64,000 bases of DNA, taken from IMG/VR virus record IMGVR_UViG_3300033076_000375, positions 122,223 through 186,222 of that record, one strand, 5' to 3'. The position numbers were made by a program, and so were the translations under genes. The notes under the pieces are model-generated. The model had not been told where the DNA came from. It did not search any database and worked only from the letters and a program-made list of their open reading frames with translations. The DNA comes from a virus. Taxonomy: Duplodnaviria; Caudoviricetes. Position 1 is the first letter of the stretch. Each line of letters opens with the position of its first letter. Of the stretch, positions 31,477 through 41,373 are shown piece after piece.

Positions 31477-32573
31477 GTAAAGAACAATACAATTTAAGTA
31501 AACAAACAAACTATCTACAACGTCAAATGTTCCTGGACCCTGAAGGTCCTGTAACAGTACAACGATTTGAAGAAGTTAAGTATCCCAAGCTACAGAAGTT
31601 TGAAGAAATGGCTCGCGGCTTCTTCTGGGTTCCAGAAGAAATCTCATTAACCAAAGATAAGATTGACCACAAGGAGGCATCAGATGCTATTAAGCATATC
31701 TTTACTAGTAATCTTTTGCGCCAGACTGCTTTGGACAGCATACAAGGTCGTGCGCCAAGTCAAGTCTTTGGCCCCGTTTGTTCGATTCCGGAACTTGAAG
31801 CACTTACACTTACTTGGGGTTTCTTTGAAACTAGCATTCATTCCAAAAGCTATAGCCATATTATTAGGAATGTCTACGGCGTACCTAAGGATGAATTCAA
31901 TAAAATTCACGACACCCAAGAAATCGTCGGGATGGCAGCGAACGTTGGACGCTATTACGAAGACCTTCACCAACTTAATTGTAAGAAGGAGCTCGGCCAG
32001 GACGTGGATAAAATGGAGCATAAGAAGGCAATATGGTTGGCTCTACACGCCAGTTACGCACTTGAAGCGCTCCGCTTTATGGTTTCATTTGCTACAAGTT
32101 TGGCAATGGTCGAGAATAAGATTTACATAGGCAACGGGAATATCATTTCGTTGATTTTGCAAGATGAGTTATTACATACAGAATGGACGGCATGGCTTAT
32201 TAACCATGTCACCAAAGACGATCCAGACTTTGTACAAATACAGACTGCTACGCACAATGAAGTATATCGTATGTACATGGACGTTATTAACGAAGAAAAA
32301 GCGTGGGCTGAGTATCTCTTTAAAAAAGGAGTCGTCATTGGTCTTAACTCAGAGATCCTTAAAGATTTCGTTGACTACACTGCTTTCCAGAAGCTCAAGG
32401 ATATCGGTATCAAGTACCAAGAAAATCATCCGAAGTCCAGTCCTATCCCTTGGTTCAATAAGCATGTCAACATCAACAAAAAGCAAACGGCACTTCAAGA
32501 AAACGAATCCACCAACTACGTCATCGGGGTCATGTCAGACGCCGTAGACTTTGACGAACTACCAGTACTATAA
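31473..32573 (+). CDS. nrdB: Ribonucleotide reductase class Ia beta subunit
   Basis: FFWVPEE, LDSIQGR, ETSIHSKSY (radical Tyr), EALRF, DELLH, QENESTNY. Confidence 0.96.
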   Translation: MSKEQYNLSKQTNYLQRQMFLDPEGPVTVQRFEEVKYPKLQKFEEMARGFFWVPEEISLTKDKIDHKEASDAIKHIFTSNLLRQTALDSIQGRAPSQVFGPVCSIPELEALTLTWGFFETSIHSKSYSHIIRNVYGVPKDEFNKIHDTQEIVGMAANVGRYYEDLHQLNCKKELGQDVDKMEHKKAIWLALHASYALEALRFMVSFATSLAMVENKIYIGNGNIISLILQDELLHTEWTAWLINHVTKDDPDFVQIQTATHNEVYRMYMDVINEEKAWAEYLFKKGVVIGLNSEILKDFVDYTAFQKLKDIGIKYQENHPKSSPIPWFNKHVNINKKQTALQENESTNYVIGVMSDAVDFDELPVL

Positions 32574-32584
32574 GGAGAAAATAT

Positions 32585-32815
32585 ATGAAAGCAATCGTAT
32601 GGAGTAAAGAACAATGCCCTTACTGTGAAATGGCTAAACAGTTATTAACATCAAAGGGAATTGAATTTGAAGAAAAGAAAATCGGAAGTGGTTATACTAA
32701 AGAAGATTTATTGAATGCAGTCCCGACTGCACGTTCAGTACCACAAGTATTCTTAGACGACCAATTGATTGGCGGCTTCCCCGAACTAAAAACACGTTTA
32801 ACAGAAAGCGAATAA
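32585..32815 (+). CDS. grxC: Glutaredoxin
   Basis: CPYC active site, SVPQVF, IGGF; AAGGAG SD. Confidence 0.9.
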   Translation: MKAIVWSKEQCPYCEMAKQLLTSKGIEFEEKKIGSGYTKEDLLNAVPTARSVPQVFLDDQLIGGFPELKTRLTESE

Positions 32816-33129
32816 TGCAACACGAATATGGAATCAACGAAGGTGTAGTATACACATTCAAATTTAACTCAGGTGAAGAAATGATTGGTAAAGTCTCTGC
32901 ACTATTACAATCAAACTGGTTCGAGGTATCTGAGCCATTGTCGGTTGCACCTAACGCTAAGGGCATGGGTCTAATCCCTAGTCTATTTACTAGCGATCCG
33001 TCAAAACCTGTGAAGATAAATATGAATAGTCTCGCAATGTATTGCGAAGCCGATGATGCTATCAAAATGAAGTATCTAGAGGCTACAACAGGAATTCAAG
33101 TTCCTGAGAAGAAAATCTTAGTAGGATAA
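32815..33129 (+). CDS. Hypothetical phage protein (possible Sm-like fold)
   Basis: 104 aa; TFKFNSGEEMIGKV and EATTGIQVP motifs; TAATG overlap. Confidence 0.6.
   Translation: MQHEYGINEGVVYTFKFNSGEEMIGKVSALLQSNWFEVSEPLSVAPNAKGMGLIPSLFTSDPSKPVKINMNSLAMYCEADDAIKMKYLEATTGIQVPEKKILVG
33016..33022 (+). promoter_or_regulatory. Possible internal late promoter for the PAAR operon
   Basis: GATAAATA about 110 nt upstream of the PAAR gene. Confidence 0.35.
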
Positions 33130-33130
33130 T

Positions 33131-33412
33131 ATGGCAAAGTTAAGTCGTAAGGGAGATACAAATCAAGTAGGTGGCGCCATCATGCGCGGCGCCGGAACTG
33201 TATTCGCCAATGGCATCCCTGTCGGCTTACATGTCAGTCAAATTACTCCACACGCACCGTGGGGTAGACCACATCCCCCGCATCATGCGGCAACAACTAC
33301 ACAAGGATCACCGACAGTATTTGCTGAAGGTGTTCCTGTTCTTAGAGTAGGATCAGGCAACAGTTGCGGGCATAGTATCGCACAAGGTTCACCTGACGTT
33401 AATGTACCATGA
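33131..33412 (+). CDS. PAAR-motif tail spike tip protein (gp5.4-like)
   Basis: RKGD, TVFANGIPV, His-rich loop, GSPTVFAEGVPVLRVG, CGH, GSPDV. Confidence 0.88.
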   Translation: MAKLSRKGDTNQVGGAIMRGAGTVFANGIPVGLHVSQITPHAPWGRPHPPHHAATTTQGSPTVFAEGVPVLRVGSGNSCGHSIAQGSPDVNVP

Positions 33413-35421
33413 GTTATAACGGTAAGCTAACCCCATTAACCACAAATGTATTAAGTTCATTCTTAATCAATTCCGGTTTACAAATCAATGCAAATGCAGT
33501 TAAGTATATGGGTTCTTGCTCGGCACCAACAAGTTATACACCGGGCACAATCGTAACTGATACATATCTAAGCCCCTTAGTAACTGCAATTAATTTAGCG
33601 TACACAAAGCTACAAGCAGGTCAACTAAGTAGCGAATTATACACGAACATCACTAGTATCGGTAGTCAGTCAATACCTGCTCTTGGTAATAGCAAGCCTT
33701 CAACATACACTCGCACGTATACAGGTGTTACTGCACGTAACGGCTTTTTGGGATTAATTCCATATCAAGCGTATAATGAGTTTTATCTTACTTCAGGTAA
33801 GTATTCTGATTTCTTAAAGACATTTACGGCTTGCAATTCCACAGCACAACTTCACAATAGTTCAATCACTGCGATGACACTTGCTAAGAGTTTCTTGAGT
33901 GGAACATATAGTAATATGAATGACCTGATAACTAGTGATATCACTGGAGTCAGTTTATCGACACTGTATTGGGGACAGGATTTAATAGCATCTGGTAAAG
34001 CTATCGATTTAGCAACTATTGATAAATTCGGTGACCCTGTAAACTTGCTTAGAACTATCAACAAATACAGAGCAACATCAACTGGTCTCAATGTTGCATT
34101 ACTTGCTGTTGGAATGACTAGTACTGAGTTAGAGCAAATCTATAATGGCAAAGAACCAACTGTTGAACAACAACGTTTATTATACGGTTGTTTCAGTGTA
34201 GTAATGGGAGAAGATTTGCAAGATATCTTAACACCATTGAACATTCAAACAAAAGATTTAGAAACACTTGCTGATTTGTTGAACCCAAAGAAACTGTTCC
34301 CTAACAGTTTTCAAACATTGACATATCCTGAATACAACATCACAAGCAAACCAACTAATAGCAAAACTTATCATTTATTGTATAAGAACGGTGAAGTAGA
34401 TATAAAGTCAGGCTCCATCGGTATTAGATTAACTAACATTTTACCTTCTGACATCGCTTATGCGTGTGGTGCATTAAGTATGGCTATGATGCAAATCAAA
34501 AACATCAAGTCGATGAATATTGAGAAGTTCAGTCAAGTAGTTGCTAATTTAGAACCCGTATCTGACTTGGGTGTAAATGGATCAGCGGTCCCTACTGATA
34601 CTGCTTCGGTTGCGTCTGCATTGCCATTAATGGCAAAAGGTTCAAACAGTGACGGCACATATAACATGTGCGACTTCTTTGGATCAATGACTGACCTTCA
34701 TTATGACTGGGCTTCTTTACAAGCTCAAATCAAATCACTTCAAACAGTTACATTAAGAACTGCATATGAAAACATGGTTACTATGCTAAATCAATCTAGC
34801 AATGATAACTATTTGTTGTTACAAAATTACATTACAGCAGCCAATACTGAAATAAGTAGAATATACAACGCACAAACAGCAGTAGCCAATAAACTGAATA
34901 CACTTTATAATACATTCGGAACATACTTACAAAAAGAACAAGACGCTAGAGACTTAGCGTTAACATCAGATTTAACAACAATAACATCAACCACAACTGA
35001 TGTTACATTGTTTGTATCAAATATTGGGTCCCTAAGCGCCCAAACAGAACTAAAAGGACCTGCAAGGGTACTTGAAAATATTGCAAACACTAATACCATA
35101 GGAGGAAAAAGTTTAAATGCATCAATGCGTGAGGCAAGAAACGCAATGAAATTAAGTTTGACCGGAGCTGTTCAAGATAATGAAATATCTAGCAATGCTC
35201 TTGTCACTGCACCCGTTACAGGATCTATGACTAGCTTAGGAGTCCCGATAGTAACAGGTGCCGCAGTTGTTCCGGGCAGTTTAGCGGGAAGTCCTGAAAC
35301 AACTCTTATTCCGCCAAATCTCAGTATTTTTAACACACCTTCTAATACTAAGGCGGTCTTGAAACCTAGCGAAGCAATCGAATCGGTAACGATTTGCAAC
35401 TGCGATTGCTGGGACAAGTAA
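33409..35421 (+). CDS. Hypothetical, probably virion/baseplate-associated protein
   Basis: 670 aa, coupled to PAAR by ATGA; C-terminal CNCDCW. Confidence 0.6.
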   Translation: MSYNGKLTPLTTNVLSSFLINSGLQINANAVKYMGSCSAPTSYTPGTIVTDTYLSPLVTAINLAYTKLQAGQLSSELYTNITSIGSQSIPALGNSKPSTYTRTYTGVTARNGFLGLIPYQAYNEFYLTSGKYSDFLKTFTACNSTAQLHNSSITAMTLAKSFLSGTYSNMNDLITSDITGVSLSTLYWGQDLIASGKAIDLATIDKFGDPVNLLRTINKYRATSTGLNVALLAVGMTSTELEQIYNGKEPTVEQQRLLYGCFSVVMGEDLQDILTPLNIQTKDLETLADLLNPKKLFPNSFQTLTYPEYNITSKPTNSKTYHLLYKNGEVDIKSGSIGIRLTNILPSDIAYACGALSMAMMQIKNIKSMNIEKFSQVVANLEPVSDLGVNGSAVPTDTASVASALPLMAKGSNSDGTYNMCDFFGSMTDLHYDWASLQAQIKSLQTVTLRTAYENMVTMLNQSSNDNYLLLQNYITAANTEISRIYNAQTAVANKLNTLYNTFGTYLQKEQDARDLALTSDLTTITSTTTDVTLFVSNIGSLSAQTELKGPARVLENIANTNTIGGKSLNASMREARNAMKLSLTGAVQDNEISSNALVTAPVTGSMTSLGVPIVTGAAVVPGSLAGSPETTLIPPNLSIFNTPSNTKAVLKPSEAIESVTICNCDCWDK

Positions 35422-35461
35422 CAATGATTATCTAATCATTACAATCAGAAAGGAGTCAATT

Positions 35462-36088
35462 ATGACCTACAAGAGCATCGTTAAGATGTTTCTGTTGTTG
35501 CCTATAATTGTTTTTGGGTTATGTTCAGCATCACCCAAACCGCAGCAGCAAGAAATTGAGCAACCACAAGTTGCCAAAGAAGTAGATAAGAAACAGCTAC
35601 AATGTCTAGCTGACAATATCTACTATGAAGCAGGTGGTGAACCCATTGAGGGTAAAGCAGCCGTAGCTCGTGTTGTACTCAACAGAGTCAATCACGGGTT
35701 TGCAAACACACCATGCAACGTTGTTTATCAAACAACCAAAGTAAAACAAATCAACGAAGAAACAGAAGAAACATTCTGGGTAAAAGTTTGCCAATTCTCA
35801 TGGGTTTGTGAGGGGAAGAAAAACCCAAATCGTGATAGTCATCGTTACCAAACTAGTTTACAAGTAGCTAAGGATGTGTTACAATATGACAAGTATAAAG
35901 AAGTAATACCCAAATCAGTATTGTTCTTCCACAATACGAGTGTCAAGAACACTTATCCACATACAGTGGTAAAGCGTATTGGTAATCATATATTCTATCA
36001 TAAGAAACATGGCAAATCTAGCAAAAAGTCCGGACAGAGGTTCGTTCAGCATGAGCAGTTATCAGGAAAGAATCAAGGTGAATCCTGA
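35462..36088 (+). CDS. SleB/CwlJ-like cell wall hydrolase (Hydrolase_2) with N-terminal signal/TM segment
   Basis: CLADNIYYEAGGE...AVARVVLNRV, CQFSW, IGNHIFY; AAGGAG SD. Confidence 0.88.
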   Translation: MTYKSIVKMFLLLPIIVFGLCSASPKPQQQEIEQPQVAKEVDKKQLQCLADNIYYEAGGEPIEGKAAVARVVLNRVNHGFANTPCNVVYQTTKVKQINEETEETFWVKVCQFSWVCEGKKNPNRDSHRYQTSLQVAKDVLQYDKYKEVIPKSVLFFHNTSVKNTYPHTVVKRIGNHIFYHKKHGKSSKKSGQRFVQHEQLSGKNQGES

Positions 36089-36584
36089 TGACACCAATGC
36101 CCAAGACATGATTGACTTCCAACTAGATTGGAATAGACAGAGAGAAGAACTGGAAAAGACTGTTGAGTGGCAGACTGACAACATGGAATATGATTTGCGT
36201 ACAAGTGAAGCCTTAGTTGCTAAAGTTAAGGCTAGGGAAGAATATGCTCAAAACTTGTACGCAGCCATGTGTAACAATGACTTCATTAAGAATGAGCCAT
36301 GGAATATCTTACAAGAGAAAACATGGTCAGCAAGTTGGCGCAGTGCCGGTGGCATTGTTGCCCACATGCGTGGCGAAGGTGACTATATTGATTGGTATTG
36401 TTCTGGCATTCATAATGACTGGAACGATGAAGAATACAACAACGCAACCAAAGAAGAACAAGAACGTTATATTTGGATAAAGAATAACTTTGTAGGTGAG
36501 GGTCGTATCACAGACGAAGTTAAAGAAGATTTATTTAAATTGGGCTGGATTGTTCAAGAAAATAAAGGCTACCCGCTAGATTGA
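36009..36584 (+). CDS. Hypothetical phage protein
   Basis: Likely ATG at 36009; YAQNLYAAMCNN, SWRSAGGIVA, DYIDWYCSG. Confidence 0.65.
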   Translation: MANLAKSPDRGSFSMSSYQERIKVNPDDTNAQDMIDFQLDWNRQREELEKTVEWQTDNMEYDLRTSEALVAKVKAREEYAQNLYAAMCNNDFIKNEPWNILQEKTWSASWRSAGGIVAHMRGEGDYIDWYCSGIHNDWNDEEYNNATKEEQERYIWIKNNFVGEGRITDEVKEDLFKLGWIVQENKGYPLD

Positions 36585-36594
36585 TACATACTTA

Positions 36595-37437
36595 ATGACC
36601 TATAACCTAGAAGAACAACTTAACGAAATTAAAGACCATTGTTTACTCACTGATACTAAAAACGGTGAGATGCTTATCTACAAATATGATAACATCATTA
36701 GCTATGCTATTCACTTGTACGGTGAATACTGTGATGCAGAGGTAGAAATTATGTGCAAGTATCTAAACGAAGATAGCTTGTACTTGGATATCGGAACCAA
36801 TATCGGGTATCACGCACGTGCTGTTGCACAACGCTCTAAGAGTATGGTTCTTGCTTTTGAACCACATCTTACACATTTCACAGTAGCCGCATATAACTGT
36901 CAAAACACACAAGTTAAACTATACAACGCCGCAGTTGGAAAAGAGCCCGGCGTACTTAAAATCTCTGACTTTAACTTAGATGATTCATCTAACTTTGGTA
37001 CTGTTGCTATCAAAGACGAAGGTACTATTGAAGTTCAAGTTATCCCAATCGACCAACTAGAACTTGAAGTATGTACTGTTATGAAGGTTGATACTGAGGG
37101 TCAAGAACTTAACGTACTCAAAGGTGCAGAGAATACTATCAACAAGTGCCGCCCTGTCATTATGTGTGAAGCTGTCGAGGGTGAAAGTGATTGGCGTAGT
37201 GTTGCTGACCATTTAGTATCTAAAGACTATAAGTTATACTGGATTGCGGTTAGAACATGCCCTATTCGAGGAAATTATAAGAACTCAACTGAGAACCCAT
37301 TCGGTAACTCAGGTGTAACTAACTTGTTAGCAGTTCCTAAAGAAAAAGAGCAACCAGACTATCTGCTAGAAGTTAACGGGCATGAAGCGTATAATGATAT
37401 GCTCACTAGACTGCAAAAGATTCAAATGGTGTTCTAA
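36595..37437 (+). CDS. FkbM-family methyltransferase
   Basis: LDIGTNIGYH, AFEP, NAAVG, MKVDTEGQELNVLKGA. Confidence 0.88.
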   Translation: MTYNLEEQLNEIKDHCLLTDTKNGEMLIYKYDNIISYAIHLYGEYCDAEVEIMCKYLNEDSLYLDIGTNIGYHARAVAQRSKSMVLAFEPHLTHFTVAAYNCQNTQVKLYNAAVGKEPGVLKISDFNLDDSSNFGTVAIKDEGTIEVQVIPIDQLELEVCTVMKVDTEGQELNVLKGAENTINKCRPVIMCEAVEGESDWRSVADHLVSKDYKLYWIAVRTCPIRGNYKNSTENPFGNSGVTNLLAVPKEKEQPDYLLEVNGHEAYNDMLTRLQKIQMVF

Positions 37438-38081
37438 TGTCACTCACATTATTAACTTCGGGGACAACTAAAGCCCCCAAGACGATTGAACATTCTTGGG
37501 ATAGTATAGAAAAGTTTATCCAAGCGTCAATTAGCGAAACTAAATTAACTTCTTCTGATATTGTATTGGATGTATTCCCAGGCAACACTATTGCACATTA
37601 TACTGTGACTGCTATGCCAGCATACAGAGCCGGTGCTAAACTAATCTCAGCTAAGTTCGAAGCTATCGATTATCTACAGAAGTTCAATCAATATCGTCCA
37701 ACTTACATTGGCTTGATTCCAAGACACTGGGAAATTCTCAAAGAACACAAAGAGTGGGATAACATGGACTTGAGTTGTGTTCGTTATATGGTCACGGGTT
37801 CCGGTAAAGTCTCACAAGAAATGATAGATGACTTTTTATCAAAGGGCGTTAAGATTGTTGCCAATTGGTACGGAATGACCGAGATGCCTCCGCCTGTCTT
37901 TGTGGGATATAACTCTGAGTCATTCGATTTTAAGCCAATTCAAGGGCACACTATTGAATTCAACGATAATGGTGAATGTATATTGAATGGGTTTGAGACC
38001 GGGGATTTGTTCGACCTATCTTCTAAGACGTTTCTAAAACGTAAATTAGAATCATCAGGAAGTACCTGGAAGACAATTTAA
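37437..38081 (+). CDS. Minimal AMP-binding (ANL adenylation) enzyme
   Basis: LLTSGTTKAPK P-loop, WYGMTE and FETGDL motifs in only 214 aa. Confidence 0.75.
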   Translation: MSLTLLTSGTTKAPKTIEHSWDSIEKFIQASISETKLTSSDIVLDVFPGNTIAHYTVTAMPAYRAGAKLISAKFEAIDYLQKFNQYRPTYIGLIPRHWEILKEHKEWDNMDLSCVRYMVTGSGKVSQEMIDDFLSKGVKIVANWYGMTEMPPPVFVGYNSESFDFKPIQGHTIEFNDNGECILNGFETGDLFDLSSKTFLKRKLESSGSTWKTI

Positions 38082-38818
38082 TGTTACAAAGATATGATAA
38101 CTTCTTCTCCCCTGATGAATGTGAAGTTTTACTATCAGAAGTAAAAGAGTTTAGAACATCTTGGAATATTAACCCAGTAACTCAATTTAGAACTCTGGGT
38201 AATTCGTTATTCAGTGCGATGATTCGTCTGGGATTATCGAACTCTAATAACTATGCTACAGAAACCACTTTAAATTTAAAAGTCTATGAGATGTTCAAAG
38301 AACGTCTTATGACTATATTTCCTAAGGTTGAATTCACATCTTCATTGGGAAAACCTGGTTACACTATCATCTTACCAAACCAAGATAACTCATATCTATG
38401 GCACTATGACAATGAACTTCCTTTGTTCCCCTATCAGAATGAGTTTCCAGACTATAACAAAGACTTTCATTCGTACTTTGAAAAAAGCTATACTTTCGTC
38501 TTGATGCTTTCTAATGGAGACTATAAGTTTGATTATTTCCCTGAAACAGTCAGTGAATACAAGAATACCCCTAAGGAAGAAATTGAAAACTATTACTGTA
38601 AGGATCACGTGAAACTTATAGGTGATAAATGTACTAATCCAGACTGTACCTTAAACAAATATGAAACTATCGAGTATAAGCAAGGTACATTGTTAATACA
38701 GGAACAAAGGTTCTTACATAGAGCAAGCCCTGCTCAATTTTCATCGAGTGATGATATGCGGGTGATTGTTAGAGGTTACGGAGTCGTCAAAGACAATGTG
38801 CTCTATATCTTTTGGTGA
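38081..38818 (+). CDS. Fe(II)/2OG oxygenase-like protein
   Basis: WHYD...FLHRA...RVIVRG pattern. Confidence 0.55.
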   Translation: MLQRYDNFFSPDECEVLLSEVKEFRTSWNINPVTQFRTLGNSLFSAMIRLGLSNSNNYATETTLNLKVYEMFKERLMTIFPKVEFTSSLGKPGYTIILPNQDNSYLWHYDNELPLFPYQNEFPDYNKDFHSYFEKSYTFVLMLSNGDYKFDYFPETVSEYKNTPKEEIENYYCKDHVKLIGDKCTNPDCTLNKYETIEYKQGTLLIQEQRFLHRASPAQFSSSDDMRVIVRGYGVVKDNVLYIFW

Positions 38819-39411
38819 ACGATAATCTTGTAAAGTTCAAAATCAGCGTCTATTAATTCTCGTTCAACTTTGTAATTTAAGTTTAAACTAGTTAACTGCA
38901 TTTTGATTTCATCAACTGTATATGCAGCCCTGAGAGAATGTTTAAAATCATCTATCGCTTCAAATTTATCTATGAATGATTCATCCTCAGGTCTTTCAAA
39001 ATCTTCAATGTATACTGCATTCTTAGATAGTTGAGATACTTTACTCCAGAATCTGATTGGATCTACTTGATGATGCAATGTGTATAGACACATAACTATG
39101 TCTGCGCTTGCGTCAATATTATAGAAATCATCCTTTATAATTTGAACTGAGGTATTTTGTTTAGCAAGTTCAATCATTATGTCAGAATTTTCATACCCGG
39201 TTATATCAAGACTTGGGAAGTTTTTTGCTAGTTCTTCTAAATGAACCCCCGGACCACTACCTAAATCAATCAATGTTCCTTCTGATAAACCGCAATACTT
39301 GTTGAACGCAGATATGAATTTCCCGTCACCATATTGTCTATGACTAATCTGATTATACTCGTTACATTTTTCTTGGTCTATCATTAACTCTGGTTCTAAC
39401 ACTCTTTTCAT
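38803..39411 (-). CDS. Class I SAM-dependent methyltransferase
   Basis: LIDLGSGPG, YTLHH, DFERP, SLRAAYT. Confidence 0.85.
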   Translation of the reverse strand: MKRVLEPELMIDQEKCNEYNQISHRQYGDGKFISAFNKYCGLSEGTLIDLGSGPGVHLEELAKNFPSLDITGYENSDIMIELAKQNTSVQIIKDDFYNIDASADIVMCLYTLHHQVDPIRFWSKVSQLSKNAVYIEDFERPEDESFIDKFEAIDDFKHSLRAAYTVDEIKMQLTSLNLNYKVERELIDADFELYKIIVHQKI

Positions 39412-40919
39412 TTATCTGGACTCCAGTTCAGTTTCTTTTCAATATAGTTGTCAATAAAAATTTTAGTTTTTGATTCGAAATCATCATGGGGTATTTCTGA
39501 CATTGTTTTATCAGCAAAAGCACTAGAAGGTAGTCCTAATATATTTTCAAACTCACCCACTCTCCATATTGAAGCCCCCGAAAACTTATCATAGTCTTTG
39601 TAATAATCTACTACTATTTCCATAATATCTTTCAAGTCCCATTCATCGTGTTCCCAACACATTCCAGTAGTTTGTAATAAACCCTCACCCAATCCATACT
39701 GAGCAGGGATTCTAGCATATAATTCTCTAATATCTTCCATATAATCTACTGAAGATTCTCTGTACCCGTACTTCTGATACTCAAAACTCAAACCTGACTG
39801 GGAATCTAAGTTTGGTTTAGGTATATATAACGGGAACAATATAGTTGATTCGGTTTTCCAATTAGTTCTAAACCAATTAATAGTCTTGCTTAACGAATCA
39901 CGTGTCTCATGTGGAAGTCCAGCTATCAAACTAACATCACTTTTATATGTAGAGTGCTTCTTAAAATAATCTCGTGCTTCTAGTAGTCTTGATAACAATT
40001 TCTCAGGGTCCATGCCCTTCCCGATAGCTTTTGCTGCCTTGTGATTAGTTGTTTCTATACCATAATGGTGTCCGATGAAACCCATCTCAATCATAGTATC
40101 CCAGTCATGTGGTCTAGAGACTAATAAATCGGCTCTAGCAAATCCATGCATTCTTGGTCTGAACGGTAAGTCTTTAATTACTCTAGCAAATTTTTCTAAT
40201 TTCTCGCTATAATCATTGACAGTCTCATCAGCTATGATATACTTTGTTACTCCGAATCGTTCATAAGTATCAAGTAATTCATTATAAAAGTTATCACTAT
40301 CTCTAGTGTGGTCAGTCTTAACTCCTAATATAGGAAAATTGCAATAACTACAATTAAAGACACACCCTCTACCCAACTCAGTAGTTAATGTCTCGTCGGG
40401 GAGAATAAAGTCTCTATCTTCATATTTGATACTTAAATCACCCATTGGGTAGCTAGGATAATCTAAATTACCGTTGACAACTTTTCTTCCATTTATACCA
40501 AACTGCCATTTGACTGGCTCATTGCCAACAATATGTTTTAATAGTGCTTCAAACGCCCTCTCACCGAACCCATGTACATACCAGTCAGCTTTGATTTTAT
40601 ATAAGTTAGATACTTGACCACCGGCTATGATTTTAACATTAGGGTATGTTTCTCTAAGCCATGAAAAGAAACTTTCAATAGTCGATGACCATATTGGGAA
40701 AGTTCCCCCGAACCCTACAAAAACTGTTTTACTAGTAATTCTAGACTTAGCGAACTCTTTAAGTTGGGCTAAGTTCCAGCCCATGATGAATTCTAAAACT
40801 TCAACATCCCAGTCCCGTTGTCTAAGATAAGTTGCAATTCTATGCGCCCCGGCAGTTCTTTTACTTGACGGCTCTTGTGTAGAATGTGAACTAAACCCAG
40901 TAAGTATTAACCCGTGCAT
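39408..40919 (-). CDS. B12-binding-domain-like radical SAM protein
   Basis: GRGCVFNCSYC, ADETVN, GIET, IAGLPHET; N-terminal GAHRIATYLR and IIAGG. Confidence 0.8.
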   Translation of the reverse strand: MHGLILTGFSSHSTQEPSSKRTAGAHRIATYLRQRDWDVEVLEFIMGWNLAQLKEFAKSRITSKTVFVGFGGTFPIWSSTIESFFSWLRETYPNVKIIAGGQVSNLYKIKADWYVHGFGERAFEALLKHIVGNEPVKWQFGINGRKVVNGNLDYPSYPMGDLSIKYEDRDFILPDETLTTELGRGCVFNCSYCNFPILGVKTDHTRDSDNFYNELLDTYERFGVTKYIIADETVNDYSEKLEKFARVIKDLPFRPRMHGFARADLLVSRPHDWDTMIEMGFIGHHYGIETTNHKAAKAIGKGMDPEKLLSRLLEARDYFKKHSTYKSDVSLIAGLPHETRDSLSKTINWFRTNWKTESTILFPLYIPKPNLDSQSGLSFEYQKYGYRESSVDYMEDIRELYARIPAQYGLGEGLLQTTGMCWEHDEWDLKDIMEIVVDYYKDYDKFSGASIWRVGEFENILGLPSSAFADKTMSEIPHDDFESKTKIFIDNYIEKKLNWSPDK

Positions 40920-40920
40920 G

Positions 40921-41373
40921 TTACTTTTTCCATAATATAGAAACGCTTACTAACACTCTTGGGGGATTTGGTATTAATACGCTATGGAACTGTTTAACAT
41001 CTAACTTATGCCATTTAAACGGTTCAATCTTGTTTTCTTCTACTAATACTTTATCTTCATCGTGAAAGTTAGTACTAGCATTTCCAGTCTCTAAAACATA
41101 ATTATATGCAGTATCCCTAGCATTATCCTTGTGAACCGGTAAGTCTCCGGACAACATAAAGATATGTACGTCATGCTCAAAGTCAAATATACTCTTTGTA
41201 AACTCTTTTAGTTTATCACTGGCTTTAATACTATTCCAAGCATTATGTTTCTCTGCGTCAGTATTCTTTGGCTCTGAGTGACGGTTATAAGCAGGCGTGT
41301 TTCTAATCGTTTGATAAATGTCAACGATTAATTCATCGGGAATTCTAGGGAAATCTAAGTATTCAACGTTCAT
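40921..41373 (-). CDS. Small Fe(II)/2OG oxygenase-like protein
   Basis: PVHKD...WHKLDVKQFHSV...PRV. Confidence 0.55.
   Translation of the reverse strand: MNVEYLDFPRIPDELIVDIYQTIRNTPAYNRHSEPKNTDAEKHNAWNSIKASDKLKEFTKSIFDFEHDVHIFMLSGDLPVHKDNARDTAYNYVLETGNASTNFHDEDKVLVEENKIEPFKWHKLDVKQFHSVLIPNPPRVLVSVSILWKK

Noticed and set aside
28773-32573. Intron, intein or homing endonuclease in nrdA/nrdB
   Set aside because: Both ORFs are uninterrupted and of normal length; the inserted small ORFs show no HNH, GIY-YIG or LAGLIDADG motifs.
35423-35440. Fur box
   Set aside because: It shares AATGAT/ATCATT half-sites, but the spacing is 5 nt longer than the GATAATGATAATCATTATC consensus; kept only as a generic palindrome.
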